Shown here: positions 31,220 to 41,032 of the stretch, piece after piece | Numbering within the stretch: position 1 is the stretch's first letter | Layout: each line of letters opens with the position of its first letter | Sequence record: MZ501103 | Length of the DNA: 64,000 bases | Reading direction: 5' to 3' (one strand) | From: Escherichia phage SelmaRatti | Program-made: the position numbers and the translations under genes | Notes under the pieces: generated by a model | Seen by the model: only the letters and a program-made list of their open reading frames with translations | Told to the model about the DNA's origin: nothing | The model's database searches: none

Positions 31220-31302
31220 CTAAAATTTTTATTTTTCTGCTTCGGACTTTCTTATCAATCCGAAACTTTCTCTCTCAAATTTATGTATATATTATACATC
31301 AT

Positions 31303-32655
31303 TTATGAGCTGTTGCCAAATGCAATTTTAGCTAATTGAACTGCTTTCTCCGGAGTCATAGTAATAGTTTTCCACCCGTTGTTACGATATACTGCCATAC
31401 GTCCAGAAGCCTGTCTTAGTCCAGTGCCACCTTTCATAATTAGATCTACAACAATAGGGTCTAGTTTACCTTCAACAATACGTTGAACACGTCCTGCAAG
31501 CTGTTCAATGAGAGATTCATTATTAATGAGGCTTCCCATTATTAAACAAGACAGCTCATTAAGGGAAATACCTTCAGAGAAGATACTTTGAGCTGCTGCA
31601 AGTACACAAGGCCCACCTTTTGCTATATCTTCCTGAATTTTTAATCGGTCATCCAAGTGGGTTGCCCCTATAATTTCATATGTTGTAACACCACGCTGTG
31701 CAAGAGCTTCTAGTACTGTTTGAATTAACTCTGTTCTATCACTTACAATGAGTACTTTATGCCCCATATTCACGTATAAATGTGCTAGATTTATAATAGT
31801 CTCTCGATATTCAGGATGATTGTATACATCGTTAGCACGTAATGCCCATTGTACGTTTTGGTTCCCTGATAACTCAACAGGTACGGAGTACCTATGGATT
31901 GTAGGTGCAACAGTATTATTAACCGGTGGGCTAAAGATCTTATATCCAAAGAAATCTTTGAACATAACTTGCAAGCCATCCTTACGTTTTAACGTACCAG
32001 ATAGCCCAATCTTATAGCGAGCACATGATATTTCTAGGAAGTTAGTGAAAGTTGTAGCCACACAATGGTGAACTTCATCAACTATAACAGTACCGAATAC
32101 TTTAGAAAGATTATTCGCATGTTTATTCACTGTTTGAATATTACTGACCACAATTGGTGGATCAATATTGTATTTTCCAGAACCTATGATACCTGGTTCA
32201 AACCCAAACCATTTACGAACTTCTGCCGCCCACATTTCACGAATAGATGTGTTGGTACAAATTACCAAAGTTTTCTGGCCAAATTTATACGCAAGTGCAA
32301 GGGCTAAGATAGTTTTACCAAATCCAGGCTTACCATTAATAATACAGGTATCATCACACTCTTCATATATTGGAAGCTGGTCTTCTTCACGCAGTTTGAA
32401 CTTAGGTTTTGGTATATCTACCGGAGCTAATGTGCGTTTATCTACTAATTCGTATTTTACTCCTTTAGCATCTAATAAATCTAGACGCGTGATAGGAATC
32501 CACTTAATCTCTTTGGCAACAACACCACTATTCTTATACATAATAGGGTATTTACTAGTCATTGTCTCAATGTGATAAGTGGTTTGCTTACTACAATAAT
32601 CCCAAAGTTCATCATCGGGCTTGAAATAGGCTTTATTAGATATAACAACCTTCAT
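31303..32655 (-). CDS. SF2 DEXH-box helicase (T5 D10-like)
   Basis: 450 aa; Walker A GKPGFGKT, DEVHH box, C-terminal helicase motifs (QLAGRVQR). Confidence 0.8.
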   Translation of the reverse strand: MKVVISNKAYFKPDDELWDYCSKQTTYHIETMTSKYPIMYKNSGVVAKEIKWIPITRLDLLDAKGVKYELVDKRTLAPVDIPKPKFKLREEDQLPIYEECDDTCIINGKPGFGKTILALALAYKFGQKTLVICTNTSIREMWAAEVRKWFGFEPGIIGSGKYNIDPPIVVSNIQTVNKHANNLSKVFGTVIVDEVHHCVATTFTNFLEISCARYKIGLSGTLKRKDGLQVMFKDFFGYKIFSPPVNNTVAPTIHRYSVPVELSGNQNVQWALRANDVYNHPEYRETIINLAHLYVNMGHKVLIVSDRTELIQTVLEALAQRGVTTYEIIGATHLDDRLKIQEDIAKGGPCVLAAAQSIFSEGISLNELSCLIMGSLINNESLIEQLAGRVQRIVEGKLDPIVVDLIMKGGTGLRQASGRMAVYRNNGWKTITMTPEKAVQLAKIAFGNSS

Positions 32656-33149
32656 AATTTTATTCTAAGTCTAGGAATTTCAGGCTCCTCTTGATGGACT
32701 TGGTAAATAACCGGGCTATTATTTACTAGAATATAGCTTATATACGCTGGAACATAGGATAATACAAATGGATAAGGTACTTTAGCCACATAGCATTGGT
32801 ATTTTCCGTTATAAATTCTAGCCGAATGCAAAACTTTAGAGGTGGCAACATCATAGAACGTAGTTTTCTTCCAGTTAATAAGATTTCCATCAGAATCTAT
32901 AAATTGGCTACGCTTTGACCCAACTAATTGAGACAACATTGATATTCTACCTCTAATAGGATAGAGCTTGTACGGTAATTCCTTCCGTTTCTCAAATAGA
33001 ATAAGTCTACGTTGAGAAAAAGTGCCAGGCAACTTCCTGTTATCTAACACATATTTATTATATCTTGTTGTAATTACGGAATAATCACCTTCTTGCTCAA
33101 TTGATACAAACGCCCGTAAAGCATATACGGGCAATTTGAAATCAAGCAC
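32652..33149 (-). CDS. hypothetical protein
   Basis: 165-aa ORF, ATGA-coupled to helicase start. Confidence 0.45.
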   Translation of the reverse strand: MLDFKLPVYALRAFVSIEQEGDYSVITTRYNKYVLDNRKLPGTFSQRRLILFEKRKELPYKLYPIRGRISMLSQLVGSKRSQFIDSDGNLINWKKTTFYDVATSKVLHSARIYNGKYQCYVAKVPYPFVLSYVPAYISYILVNNSPVIYQVHQEEPEIPRLRIKL

Positions 33150-36100
33150 CTAAAATCCTTTTCACATTATCCAGATCTTTACATACAGCAATAAACTTAT
33201 CATCCTTGTACTTGCTGTGGTCTGGATGCTCTTTATCCATTGCAGCTAACTTCTTATACTCGAAATCTGCATCGAGTAATACACCCTTAACATAACGAGT
33301 ATACTCATCATCATCAATACAAGCGATTGATGGATGCTGCTTCTTCATCTTACCACAAGAGTAGTCACGAGAACCTCCAGCTTCAGAATCAGAATCAATA
33401 CCAATCGGACAACCAGGAATACTGATACCACGGTCTTTCTGAATATTACGAATCAGGATTTCATTGTATTGGTCGATCAAATCCTCACGAACAATAGCAA
33501 CTACGGAGTCGTGAACTAGCATAACAATCTTCATCTCTTGTTCTAGGCCAAGAGAAATGATCTCATTATCTGCATCTACAGCACCTAAAAGGAGACTATC
33601 AGAAGAAGCAGACTGAATGATTGCGTTAAATCCAGAACGGATTTCTTCACCTTGAACACCACGGTCTTCGGAGTGGATATTATGCAGACGACGTTTACGA
33701 CCAAAGTGACTGTAGATAAATCCATGATTCTTGATCTGATCATGGCACTTATCAATCCAACGCTTAAGCTGCGAGAACTGACCGAAGTAAGTTTCAATGT
33801 ACTCTTTAGCATCTGCAACAGTACACTCTACAAACGGTTCGCCTGTCTTAGCAGCCTGCTCCAGAAGAGCTTCGTTAACAGAATGAGCTACTTTAGATGG
33901 GCCAGAACCATACAAAATACCAAAGGTAATTGCTTTAGCTGCTTGACGCAGAGCTGGGAATAGCTTTTTAACATCACGAGGTTCGCATTGGAGCTTAAAT
34001 ACCATGTGTGCGATGTTAGAGTGGAAGTCAGGGTATTTATCAGGTTCATTTCTCATGTTGATAAATACTTGTTGCATATTTCTATCACCAGATAGAACAG
34101 CAGCATAATAAACTTCCGCAGTTGTTAAGTCCCATGCAATTACACGGTATCCAGGTGGTGCAACTACACAACCCTTGATAATAGATTCATCACGAGGTAA
34201 CTGTTGAAGGTTCAGTTTACCAGAAGAACTCAGACGACCAGAGGTAGTCATGTGTTCATGGAAGCCAGTACGAATGCAACCATCAGCATCAATACTCAGT
34301 AGAATCTTCTCAACATAAGTAGAGATCAGCTTAGTCAGCTTACGAATCTCTAGCAGAGTTTTAGCAATTGGATGCTGCGTAGCCAGTTCATTTAGAGCTT
34401 CTGCATCTGTAGAGTCTGCTCCAGTATCCGTCAATTTACCTGTTGGAGTTAAGCCAACATAATCAAACAGAAGAACACGTAGCTGCTTAACAGAGTTAGG
34501 ATTAAACGCTTCATTCTGGTCTTTCTCTAGCTGAACGACTTCTGGATAAGTATACAGTTTCTCACGAGCCTTATTCAGGTTATGGGTTAACTGGTACTGT
34601 GCTTCTTTCAAGCGATCAATAGAAATTGGTACACCACGATCCTCAACACGCTGGAGAAATACACAACCAGGCATTAGAACATCATAATACAGACTACAAA
34701 GTTTTTCATTCTTCTCAATTTTTGGTAAGAAGAAATTGTGCAAACGTATGGTGGCATCTGTATCTTTACAGTTGTGAACTACACCAACTTTAGTTACAAA
34801 GTTATGATTATCTTTTACATCTATGCACCAACTGGTAGAGTAACCTCTTCTAGAAGCTGGAACTATCCAATCCTCAATCCCATACACTTCTGCGTAGTAG
34901 TACTTAGATGTTGAAAAATCCCAAGTTCCTATTCCTACTAAATGCTTGAATCTTTCTGGCACCTTGTAAGCCATAGAGCTATGCATATATGGAGCAATCA
35001 AAGGGAATAGTTCTTCATTATCTAATACAAAGAACTGATTATTTTCTCCATCGTTATGGTAGTGTGCTGTAACGCCTAGATTTTTACACCATTCTATGAA
35101 ATTTTGCTGCTCTTCTCTACAATCAGCAACTGTTCTAGACCAAATGCGTGCATTTCCTTGTGGCAGGGTACCAGCATCTTGATACCAAATAGCTAGTGCT
35201 TTTTCATCTAACCCTTCTAGATTTTTCTTAGTAATTTTTAACTTATACTTTGTAGTATTATCTCGCACCTCTAAGGTAGAGAATAAGTCAGAATACTCAG
35301 AGGTATATGGGAAACTATACGTATATGCTTTTTTATCTCCCTTTGTAGAAACACTAAGAGTTGGTGTTTCTACTTGAGAAGCTGCCTTAAAATCTAGATA
35401 CTCTTTATGCGCTTCTGACTGTGTCAGTTGTAGACCAGCGCCCCATTTATTTCTAGATACCAGAGCACCATCCCCAAATAGGGATGCCATTAATACTTGC
35501 TTACTATCAGATGGTAAAGCAATTTCTTCAGTTTGGATTTTATCCTGTCCTGGAATAATATCTTGTACTTCTATGTATCCATTCTGAGTTAATACCCTAT
35601 GGTCTGGTGTAAATACTGGACCATTAATAGTACCACTAGAGTTTCTTTTCTGAGATTTAACTACTAACTTCTTCCATTTTTTGGATTTATGTTCATTTTT
35701 ATACCATCCAGTAATAGGTTTGTTCTCAAATTGCCCAGTTGATTCGTTGAATGATACTACAGCTTCTGTAGATTTGGTACGAACAAGTTCCCCAATAGTC
35801 TTCCAATTCCCTGAAGCCATCTTAACTTGGGAATCGTGAGTAAGACATGCATAAGGCCACATAATATCAAACGGAATTAAATCATAGGTGAAATCTTCTT
35901 TCTTGATTTTATGTGCTTTGCAGTAATCATCTTTGAACTTATCTAGTTCGAAGTCATAGTCACCCATATCTGTATACTTCATTGCTAGAGATTTCAAGCC
36001 ATGAGTACCACGACGTTCATCTAGAACATAGTGCTGCAACATGGTATCATGGAGCCTGCGTTCTTTATGTGCTTTATCAAAGGTAAGTCCCAGATGGTAC

Positions 36101-36786
36101 TTATAAAAGTGCATATCAAACTTCAAGTTGTGAAAAACAATAGTGTGGTTTTCACTATCCAGAATTTTCTGGAGGTAATATACTGCAACCTCTGTGAGAC
36201 AATCAGAATCTATATATACACCCTGATACTCTTGGTGAGAAATAGAAACACCAAGCAAATAACCATCTCGACAGTATAGTGCTGAGGTTTCGGAGTCGAA
36301 TGCGATAGGTCCGATAACCATATTATACACCATCTTGATATATTCTTCCGCCTCGTCAGGGTCAGTAATAGGACGGTAATCACCAGCTTTTGCAATCTTC
36401 TCACGACCATTGATAATATCGTGGATATTCTCTACTGTTGCATCAAAAACTGGTTTCATTTCAGGCTTAAAGTGTAACTGGGCTGGGCTGATACTCGCAA
36501 TCCAGTTAGCATATCCATTATACTCTACACGTTTACCAGTATAGTCACCAATGCCTTTCTTACCTGCGAAGTACAGGAAAGGTTCAGCACCTACTAGTAT
36601 AACAAAATCATAATCATTCGGATCAAATGGGTTTTCCGGAGTCCCGATAGTAATATGCTTTTTGAGCAAACGACCGGATAACTTCTCGTTACACATATGG
36701 AATACATCAACTTCCTCGCCGTATAGCTGGAAATGTTTATCATAACGAGTGTTATTTAGAGCTTTATCAACTACTGCGATTTTCAA
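33142..36786 (-). CDS. family-A DNA polymerase with 3'-5' exonuclease domain, interrupted by an intein
   Basis: 1214 aa; exo motif IAFDSETS, polymerase motifs RVIAWDLTTAEV and MLVHDS; TTG start with GAGGAG RBS; 359-aa insertion with intein hallmarks. Confidence 0.9.
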   Translation of the reverse strand: MKIAVVDKALNNTRYDKHFQLYGEEVDVFHMCNEKLSGRLLKKHITIGTPENPFDPNDYDFVILVGAEPFLYFAGKKGIGDYTGKRVEYNGYANWIASISPAQLHFKPEMKPVFDATVENIHDIINGREKIAKAGDYRPITDPDEAEEYIKMVYNMVIGPIAFDSETSALYCRDGYLLGVSISHQEYQGVYIDSDCLTEVAVYYLQKILDSENHTIVFHNLKFDMHFYKYHLGLTFDKAHKERRLHDTMLQHYVLDERRGTHGLKSLAMKYTDMGDYDFELDKFKDDYCKAHKIKKEDFTYDLIPFDIMWPYACLTHDSQVKMASGNWKTIGELVRTKSTEAVVSFNESTGQFENKPITGWYKNEHKSKKWKKLVVKSQKRNSSGTINGPVFTPDHRVLTQNGYIEVQDIIPGQDKIQTEEIALPSDSKQVLMASLFGDGALVSRNKWGAGLQLTQSEAHKEYLDFKAASQVETPTLSVSTKGDKKAYTYSFPYTSEYSDLFSTLEVRDNTTKYKLKITKKNLEGLDEKALAIWYQDAGTLPQGNARIWSRTVADCREEQQNFIEWCKNLGVTAHYHNDGENNQFFVLDNEELFPLIAPYMHSSMAYKVPERFKHLVGIGTWDFSTSKYYYAEVYGIEDWIVPASRRGYSTSWCIDVKDNHNFVTKVGVVHNCKDTDATIRLHNFFLPKIEKNEKLCSLYYDVLMPGCVFLQRVEDRGVPISIDRLKEAQYQLTHNLNKAREKLYTYPEVVQLEKDQNEAFNPNSVKQLRVLLFDYVGLTPTGKLTDTGADSTDAEALNELATQHPIAKTLLEIRKLTKLISTYVEKILLSIDADGCIRTGFHEHMTTSGRLSSSGKLNLQQLPRDESIIKGCVVAPPGYRVIAWDLTTAEVYYAAVLSGDRNMQQVFINMRNEPDKYPDFHSNIAHMVFKLQCEPRDVKKLFPALRQAAKAITFGILYGSGPSKVAHSVNEALLEQAAKTGEPFVECTVADAKEYIETYFGQFSQLKRWIDKCHDQIKNHGFIYSHFGRKRRLHNIHSEDRGVQGEEIRSGFNAIIQSASSDSLLLGAVDADNEIISLGLEQEMKIVMLVHDSVVAIVREDLIDQYNEILIRNIQKDRGISIPGCPIGIDSDSEAGGSRDYSCGKMKKQHPSIACIDDDEYTRYVKGVLLDADFEYKKLAAMDKEHPDHSKYKDDKFIAVCKDLDNVKRILGA
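34771..35847 (-). mobile_element. intein with LAGLIDADG homing endonuclease domain inside DNA polymerase (residues 314-672)
   Basis: Begins with Cys after MWPYA, ends VVHN followed by Cys; LAGLIDADG-like LMASLFGDGAL and LAIWYQDAGTL; block F-like WCIDVKDNHNFVT. Confidence 0.8.
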
Positions 36787-36847
36787 ATTTAATCTCCTCT
36801 TGGTAAGTAAGTATAACTTCAGTGTTTCTTCTCTAACTTACCAATAT

Positions 36848-36877
36848 ATTATACCAAATCTTTAAGCGATTCAGCAA
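36848..36877 (-). promoter_or_regulatory. sigma70-type promoter (TTGCTG-18-TATAAT) upstream of DNA polymerase
   Basis: -10 36848-36853, -35 36872-36877 on - strand. Confidence 0.5.
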
Positions 36878-37739
36878 CTAAAATTTCAATACGTTTTGCT
36901 AACATATCAATCTCTTCTTTATTTAAGTCACCAGGGTCTTTACCTTCAGGCAGAAGAAAGTTAGCAATTACAGGTGTTAAACGCGTTTTTGTACGAATTA
37001 GCTTGGCCAATGCTTGTGCAGCTTTAGTACCAGAAGCATCATTATCTAGTAAGATAACAACAACTTTAACACCAGCAATAATATACGGACTGAACTTATC
37101 TGCAATGTTATCCGAAGTAAACTGATGTGTACCAAAGCAGCAAGAAGCATAGTCTATACCATTATCCTCTAGGTTCAGCATATCAAAGATACCTTCAACT
37201 AAAATAAGAACTGGAGTATTATATCGTACAGGAAAAATTGGCGGTGAAACTTGTTTTGGTTTTACTAAGTATTTAGGAGGGGCAGAACTGTTTATAGAAC
37301 GACCCAAAAATAGGATATTGCGTCCAACAGCATCTGTGATTGGGAATACAATTCTGCCTTCCCAGTTCTCTTGATGTTGGAAAGCAAAATACTTCTTCAA
37401 GGTCTTAGAACTGATACCTCGGAAATCACCTTCAAAAAGAAAGGCAGATTCTGGGATTGCAAGATTCGTAGATCCATTTCTAATCTCTGAAATCTTTTTA
37501 CGTACCTGCGATAGTCTTGGAGACTGTCGGTACTGAGTCTCATTAAAATAATGGTAAATGCTCGGTATACCTTTACCGAAGCCACAACTCAAGCAGTGCA
37601 TGACCCCTGACTCGGGGTCAATACGTAGACTTGGGTGTTTATCGTCATGATCTGGATTGAGGCAGCATATAAGAATATCCCCGCCTGTATCCTTATACTC
37701 AATTCCTTTTAGATCAAGTAACTCTGTTATTCTACTCAT
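36849..37739 (-). CDS. DNA primase (DnaG-like)
   Basis: N-terminal CHC2 zinc finger (C..C...H.C.SC), Toprim motifs LVEGIFD and LLDNDASG. Confidence 0.85.
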   Translation of the reverse strand: MSRITELLDLKGIEYKDTGGDILICCLNPDHDDKHPSLRIDPESGVMHCLSCGFGKGIPSIYHYFNETQYRQSPRLSQVRKKISEIRNGSTNLAIPESAFLFEGDFRGISSKTLKKYFAFQHQENWEGRIVFPITDAVGRNILFLGRSINSSAPPKYLVKPKQVSPPIFPVRYNTPVLILVEGIFDMLNLEDNGIDYASCCFGTHQFTSDNIADKFSPYIIAGVKVVVILLDNDASGTKAAQALAKLIRTKTRLTPVIANFLLPEGKDPGDLNKEEIDMLAKRIEILVAESLKDLV

Positions 37740-39208
37740 ATATCACTGGCCTGTTCACCTGTTGAATTTTCAGCTTTGTCTTTCTTAGCACGTTTAGGTT
37801 GAGCCGACTTATCCTTCTCAATAGGGATAACGAACTCAGCTTCCATTTGAGATATATCTTCCATTGCTAGGTTGGTAGTGTTATCCATCCGCAAGGTTTC
37901 CCAGTTCATTTTAGGCATAAACTTCACGCTATCAGAAGAACGAGTCTTAACGAAGTCAAACATAATAGCACCTTGACCATTATCAGCTTTTGCAGCATTA
38001 AGATTAGCAGCCATGTCTGCGGAATCAAGAATCCCCTTTGACATACGTGTTCTACCGTCTTGATCGATCTGGTAAGGAGCTACACCAGCCACGTTATGTT
38101 TCTGGCAAATAGATTTGAAAGACGAGCTAACAACCATCTGTTCTTTCCAGTCATACATATCAATGGTTTTAGAATCTGGAAGTCGGGTTTGGTTAATATA
38201 GTCCAGTAAAGCTACTGTAACTTTATCCCCATATCTAGCAACTAATTTATTTAATTCTACGTCAACTGTTGTAATAGACAGCTCAGGATCATAAACAATA
38301 ATCATAGGAGTATGTAGCTCATACCCTTCTATTAGCTTACTTTCCATATCGTAGAAATCACTCATCTTAGCCATTGTGTACTGTTTAACGAAGTTATCGA
38401 AAAGCTCTTCACCACCGTTAAACATCCTGGCTCTAGTTCTGGCTAATCTCAACAGAGCTGCACCTTCTAGAGTATTATTACGCATTGCTAGTGCTGATAC
38501 ACCAGCTAACATGGCTAGATTACGTCTAAATACTTCATGTTCTTTCATCTCAATTGAGAAGTATGGAGCAATATCTCCATTCAAATATTGCTGAACCTGT
38601 ATGTTTGAACAGATAATGGATTTACCGGTACCACGCCAACCACCAAGCAGTAACGTTTCTGTGCGAGCTAAACCAATTTGAGCGTCGAACTCATTACAAA
38701 TACCAAGAGCGATTAAGTTCAGTTTGGTATCTTCTTCTCTCTGGAAAATACGCATGTTATCTGCGTTGAATACTTTTCCAGTATTCGTTACTTTCTCTTC
38801 TAATTTTAAGTGAAGGGAGGCAACTCGGTTAAGAATTTCTCCCTGATCCAGCATTGTTAAATCTTGAAGCACGTCTGTTTCTAGAAGCTTCAGGAATAAA
38901 TCCTGTGTATACTCGGCTTCTAGGACTTCAAGTGCCTGTTCCATGCTAACTTCTGGAATTTGAGTGTTAGCTAAGACGACTAGAGCTTGAGAAAGGCGGG
39001 CGTTCCTATTAGCCTCAAGCATCAGTGCGTCAATGGACGGCATTGTGTTATATTTTTTATAATAATTCTGGACGGCTTGGTAAATTGAGGAGAAAGCGTC
39101 ATTAAAATGATCTTTATGCAGTTTTGAGAATGTTTCCAATGCTATTTGCTTCTGTTCGGAAGCTAGAAGCATCTTCAACACTACAGCTTGCACGTTAAAC
39201 AAGGTCAT
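37736..39208 (-). CDS. replicative DNA helicase (DnaB-like)
   Basis: Walker A GGWRGTGKS, RecA-like C-terminal domain; start set to ATG at 39208 after AAGGAGA (TTG at 39202 is an alternative); the ORF-track start at 39259 lies inside a terminator hairpin. Confidence 0.75.
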   Translation of the reverse strand: MTLFNVQAVVLKMLLASEQKQIALETFSKLHKDHFNDAFSSIYQAVQNYYKKYNTMPSIDALMLEANRNARLSQALVVLANTQIPEVSMEQALEVLEAEYTQDLFLKLLETDVLQDLTMLDQGEILNRVASLHLKLEEKVTNTGKVFNADNMRIFQREEDTKLNLIALGICNEFDAQIGLARTETLLLGGWRGTGKSIICSNIQVQQYLNGDIAPYFSIEMKEHEVFRRNLAMLAGVSALAMRNNTLEGAALLRLARTRARMFNGGEELFDNFVKQYTMAKMSDFYDMESKLIEGYELHTPMIIVYDPELSITTVDVELNKLVARYGDKVTVALLDYINQTRLPDSKTIDMYDWKEQMVVSSSFKSICQKHNVAGVAPYQIDQDGRTRMSKGILDSADMAANLNAAKADNGQGAIMFDFVKTRSSDSVKFMPKMNWETLRMDNTTNLAMEDISQMEAEFVIPIEKDKSAQPKRAKKDKAENSTGEQASDI

Positions 39209-39240
39209 TCTCCTTTGCACGCTTTCGTGCCTTCTAAATG

Positions 39241-39271
39241 CAAAAAGGGGAAGGAGCATAGCCCCCTCCCC
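39241..39271 (-). terminator. rho-independent terminator upstream of DnaB-like helicase gene
   Basis: - strand GGGGAGGGGGC tat GCTCCTTCCCC followed by TTTTTG. Confidence 0.65.
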
Positions 39272-39290
39272 TTAGGTTTAATTTACCAGA

Positions 39291-40058
39291 TTATTCAGCA
39301 GCCGCAGCTTTTGCATCCAGTTTAGCACGCTTAGCGGCACCATCATAGTCCTTAGCAACCAGACCACGACGAGACAGCATAGATTTAACACCGCGCTCAG
39401 ACTTACCAGTTTTCTCAGCGATCTCAGCAACAGTCATGTTAACCAGATCCAGACCTTCTAACAGATCTTCACGAGTTTTAGCACTTGAAGTTTCCTGTAC
39501 CGGCATAGCAGCGATACGACCTTCACGAAGCAAGCTCAGAGCTTTACCACGGATCTGCTTGATATTACGACCGAAGTGAGCAGCGATAGCTTCAATAGTA
39601 GCACCAGCAACAACCTGATTAACAAAATCAGTTTCTTCATCCGGAGTGAAGGAACGAACTGCAGCAGCTTTTTCGGTTGGCTTAACAGAAGCGGTCATTT
39701 CCAGACTCAGGATCTTACCCTGTACCTGCTTAGCACCGAACTGACCACCAGCTACAGCAGCAGCGATTTCAGCATAGGTATACTGACCATCATGAGCGTT
39801 CAGGAAATCAACCAGTTCAGCTTCCTGCTCAGGAGTCCACGGGGATTTCTGTACTTCGTTAGCTTTCTGTACTTCGAAACCTTCTTTACGCAGCTTAGAG
39901 CCAACAGAGCGAGCGGTAACGTCTTTGCCAGTTTCAGTAGCCAGTTCAGCAGCGATAGCGGCTACTTGTTCTTGAGAGATTACAGAAACACCCAGAGCAG
40001 TGGCTTTTGCTTTCAGAGACTCGGTTACACCTTCTACGTTCCAGTTCAGTTTAGACAT
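39291..40058 (-). CDS. hypothetical protein with four tandem HTH-like repeats
   Basis: 255 aa Ala-rich; ~35-aa repeats such as TVAEIAEKTGKSERGVKSMLSRRGL. Confidence 0.5.
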   Translation of the reverse strand: MSKLNWNVEGVTESLKAKATALGVSVISQEQVAAIAAELATETGKDVTARSVGSKLRKEGFEVQKANEVQKSPWTPEQEAELVDFLNAHDGQYTYAEIAAAVAGGQFGAKQVQGKILSLEMTASVKPTEKAAAVRSFTPDEETDFVNQVVAGATIEAIAAHFGRNIKQIRGKALSLLREGRIAAMPVQETSSAKTREDLLEGLDLVNMTVAEIAEKTGKSERGVKSMLSRRGLVAKDYDGAAKRAKLDAKAAAAE

Positions 40059-40830
40059 TATTATTTTTCTCCAATAGTTCTTTAATCGACAGGATTTCTA
40101 TCCCATTCGTTTCGGCTTTCTTATAAGATGAGGAAGAACGCTTAGATTCATCCTCACAGATTAGGTATTTAACGTCTTTGGTAACTGATTTTTTAACAGT
40201 ATACCCTAGACTTTCTAAATAGTTTGTTGCATCCGTTCTATTTGCAAAATCTTGCAAAGATCCGGTAATACATACCGCGATTCCATTTGGCTGGGCAACT
40301 AATTCATCTGTAGTGATAATATTAGCTTTAGTGCCCTTAATACCAGTTGAAAATTTCCACGGTAGTTCAATAACATCCTTGCCTTGTGGGGAATTTAGCC
40401 AGGCTCTATAGTTTTCTCCAGCCTTGCCGTCAGCCTTCACATCGTGGAAGCTAGTGCAATTTTGGGATAATTTCTTTGCTGCAACCTCTCCAATTAGAGG
40501 GATTCCTAAAGAACCGAGAACTGAACCAAAGTCAATGTCTCCGCGAACTTTAGTATTTAATTCGCTAATTAACTTAGCGGCAACCTTGCTACCCACGGCT
40601 CTAACCAAATCTTCTTCGGTTAGGTAAAATAGTTCTGAAATCTTCGTCAGCTCCAGCTTCTCAATAGTTTTTGGGCCAAAGCCCTTTAACTTCATTTTTG
40701 AACAGAAGTTCTCAATTAACTTACTTGATTGCGCTGGACAGTTGGACTTATTCCGACAGAATAATTGTCCGTTGACAAGATCTAGCTTAGAACCACAAGA
40801 GGGACATTGTGTTGGAATTTCGATTTTCAT
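40051..40830 (-). CDS. lig: NAD-dependent DNA ligase, C-terminal subunit (zinc finger, HhH, BRCT)
   Basis: CPSCGSKL...C..C zinc finger, HhH (GIPLIGEVAAKKL), C-terminal BRCT-like (VCITGSL); ATG at 40830 with AAGGAAG RBS. Confidence 0.8.
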   Translation of the reverse strand: MKIEIPTQCPSCGSKLDLVNGQLFCRNKSNCPAQSSKLIENFCSKMKLKGFGPKTIEKLELTKISELFYLTEEDLVRAVGSKVAAKLISELNTKVRGDIDFGSVLGSLGIPLIGEVAAKKLSQNCTSFHDVKADGKAGENYRAWLNSPQGKDVIELPWKFSTGIKGTKANIITTDELVAQPNGIAVCITGSLQDFANRTDATNYLESLGYTVKKSVTKDVKYLICEDESKRSSSSYKKAETNGIEILSIKELLEKNNNV

Positions 40831-40860
40831 CAAATTTCTTCCTTATCAATTTATATAAAT

Positions 40861-40889
40861 ATTATAGCAAGTATTTAAGCATTTAGCAA
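40861..40889 (-). promoter_or_regulatory. T5-type early promoter (TTGCTA-17-TATAAT) in ligase spacer
   Basis: reverse complement TTGCTAaatgcttaaatacttgcTATAAT then ATTTATATAAATTGATAAGGAAG leader. Confidence 0.65.
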
Positions 40890-41032
40890 CTACAATTTTA
40901 ACTAACTTTGCTTACCCTCGCCATAACTTTCTATCCCTCAACTGAATGATAATAGTATATACCTAAGCGGCGAAAATGTCAATAACCACTTTATAATTCC
41001 GATATGGTAGATGGGTAGCAAAGGGTTATGTA

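Noticed and set aside
39576-40085. 169-aa + strand ORF antisense to the HTH-repeat gene
   Set aside because: Ser/Phe-rich low-complexity product; antisense to a gene with clear internal repeat structure.
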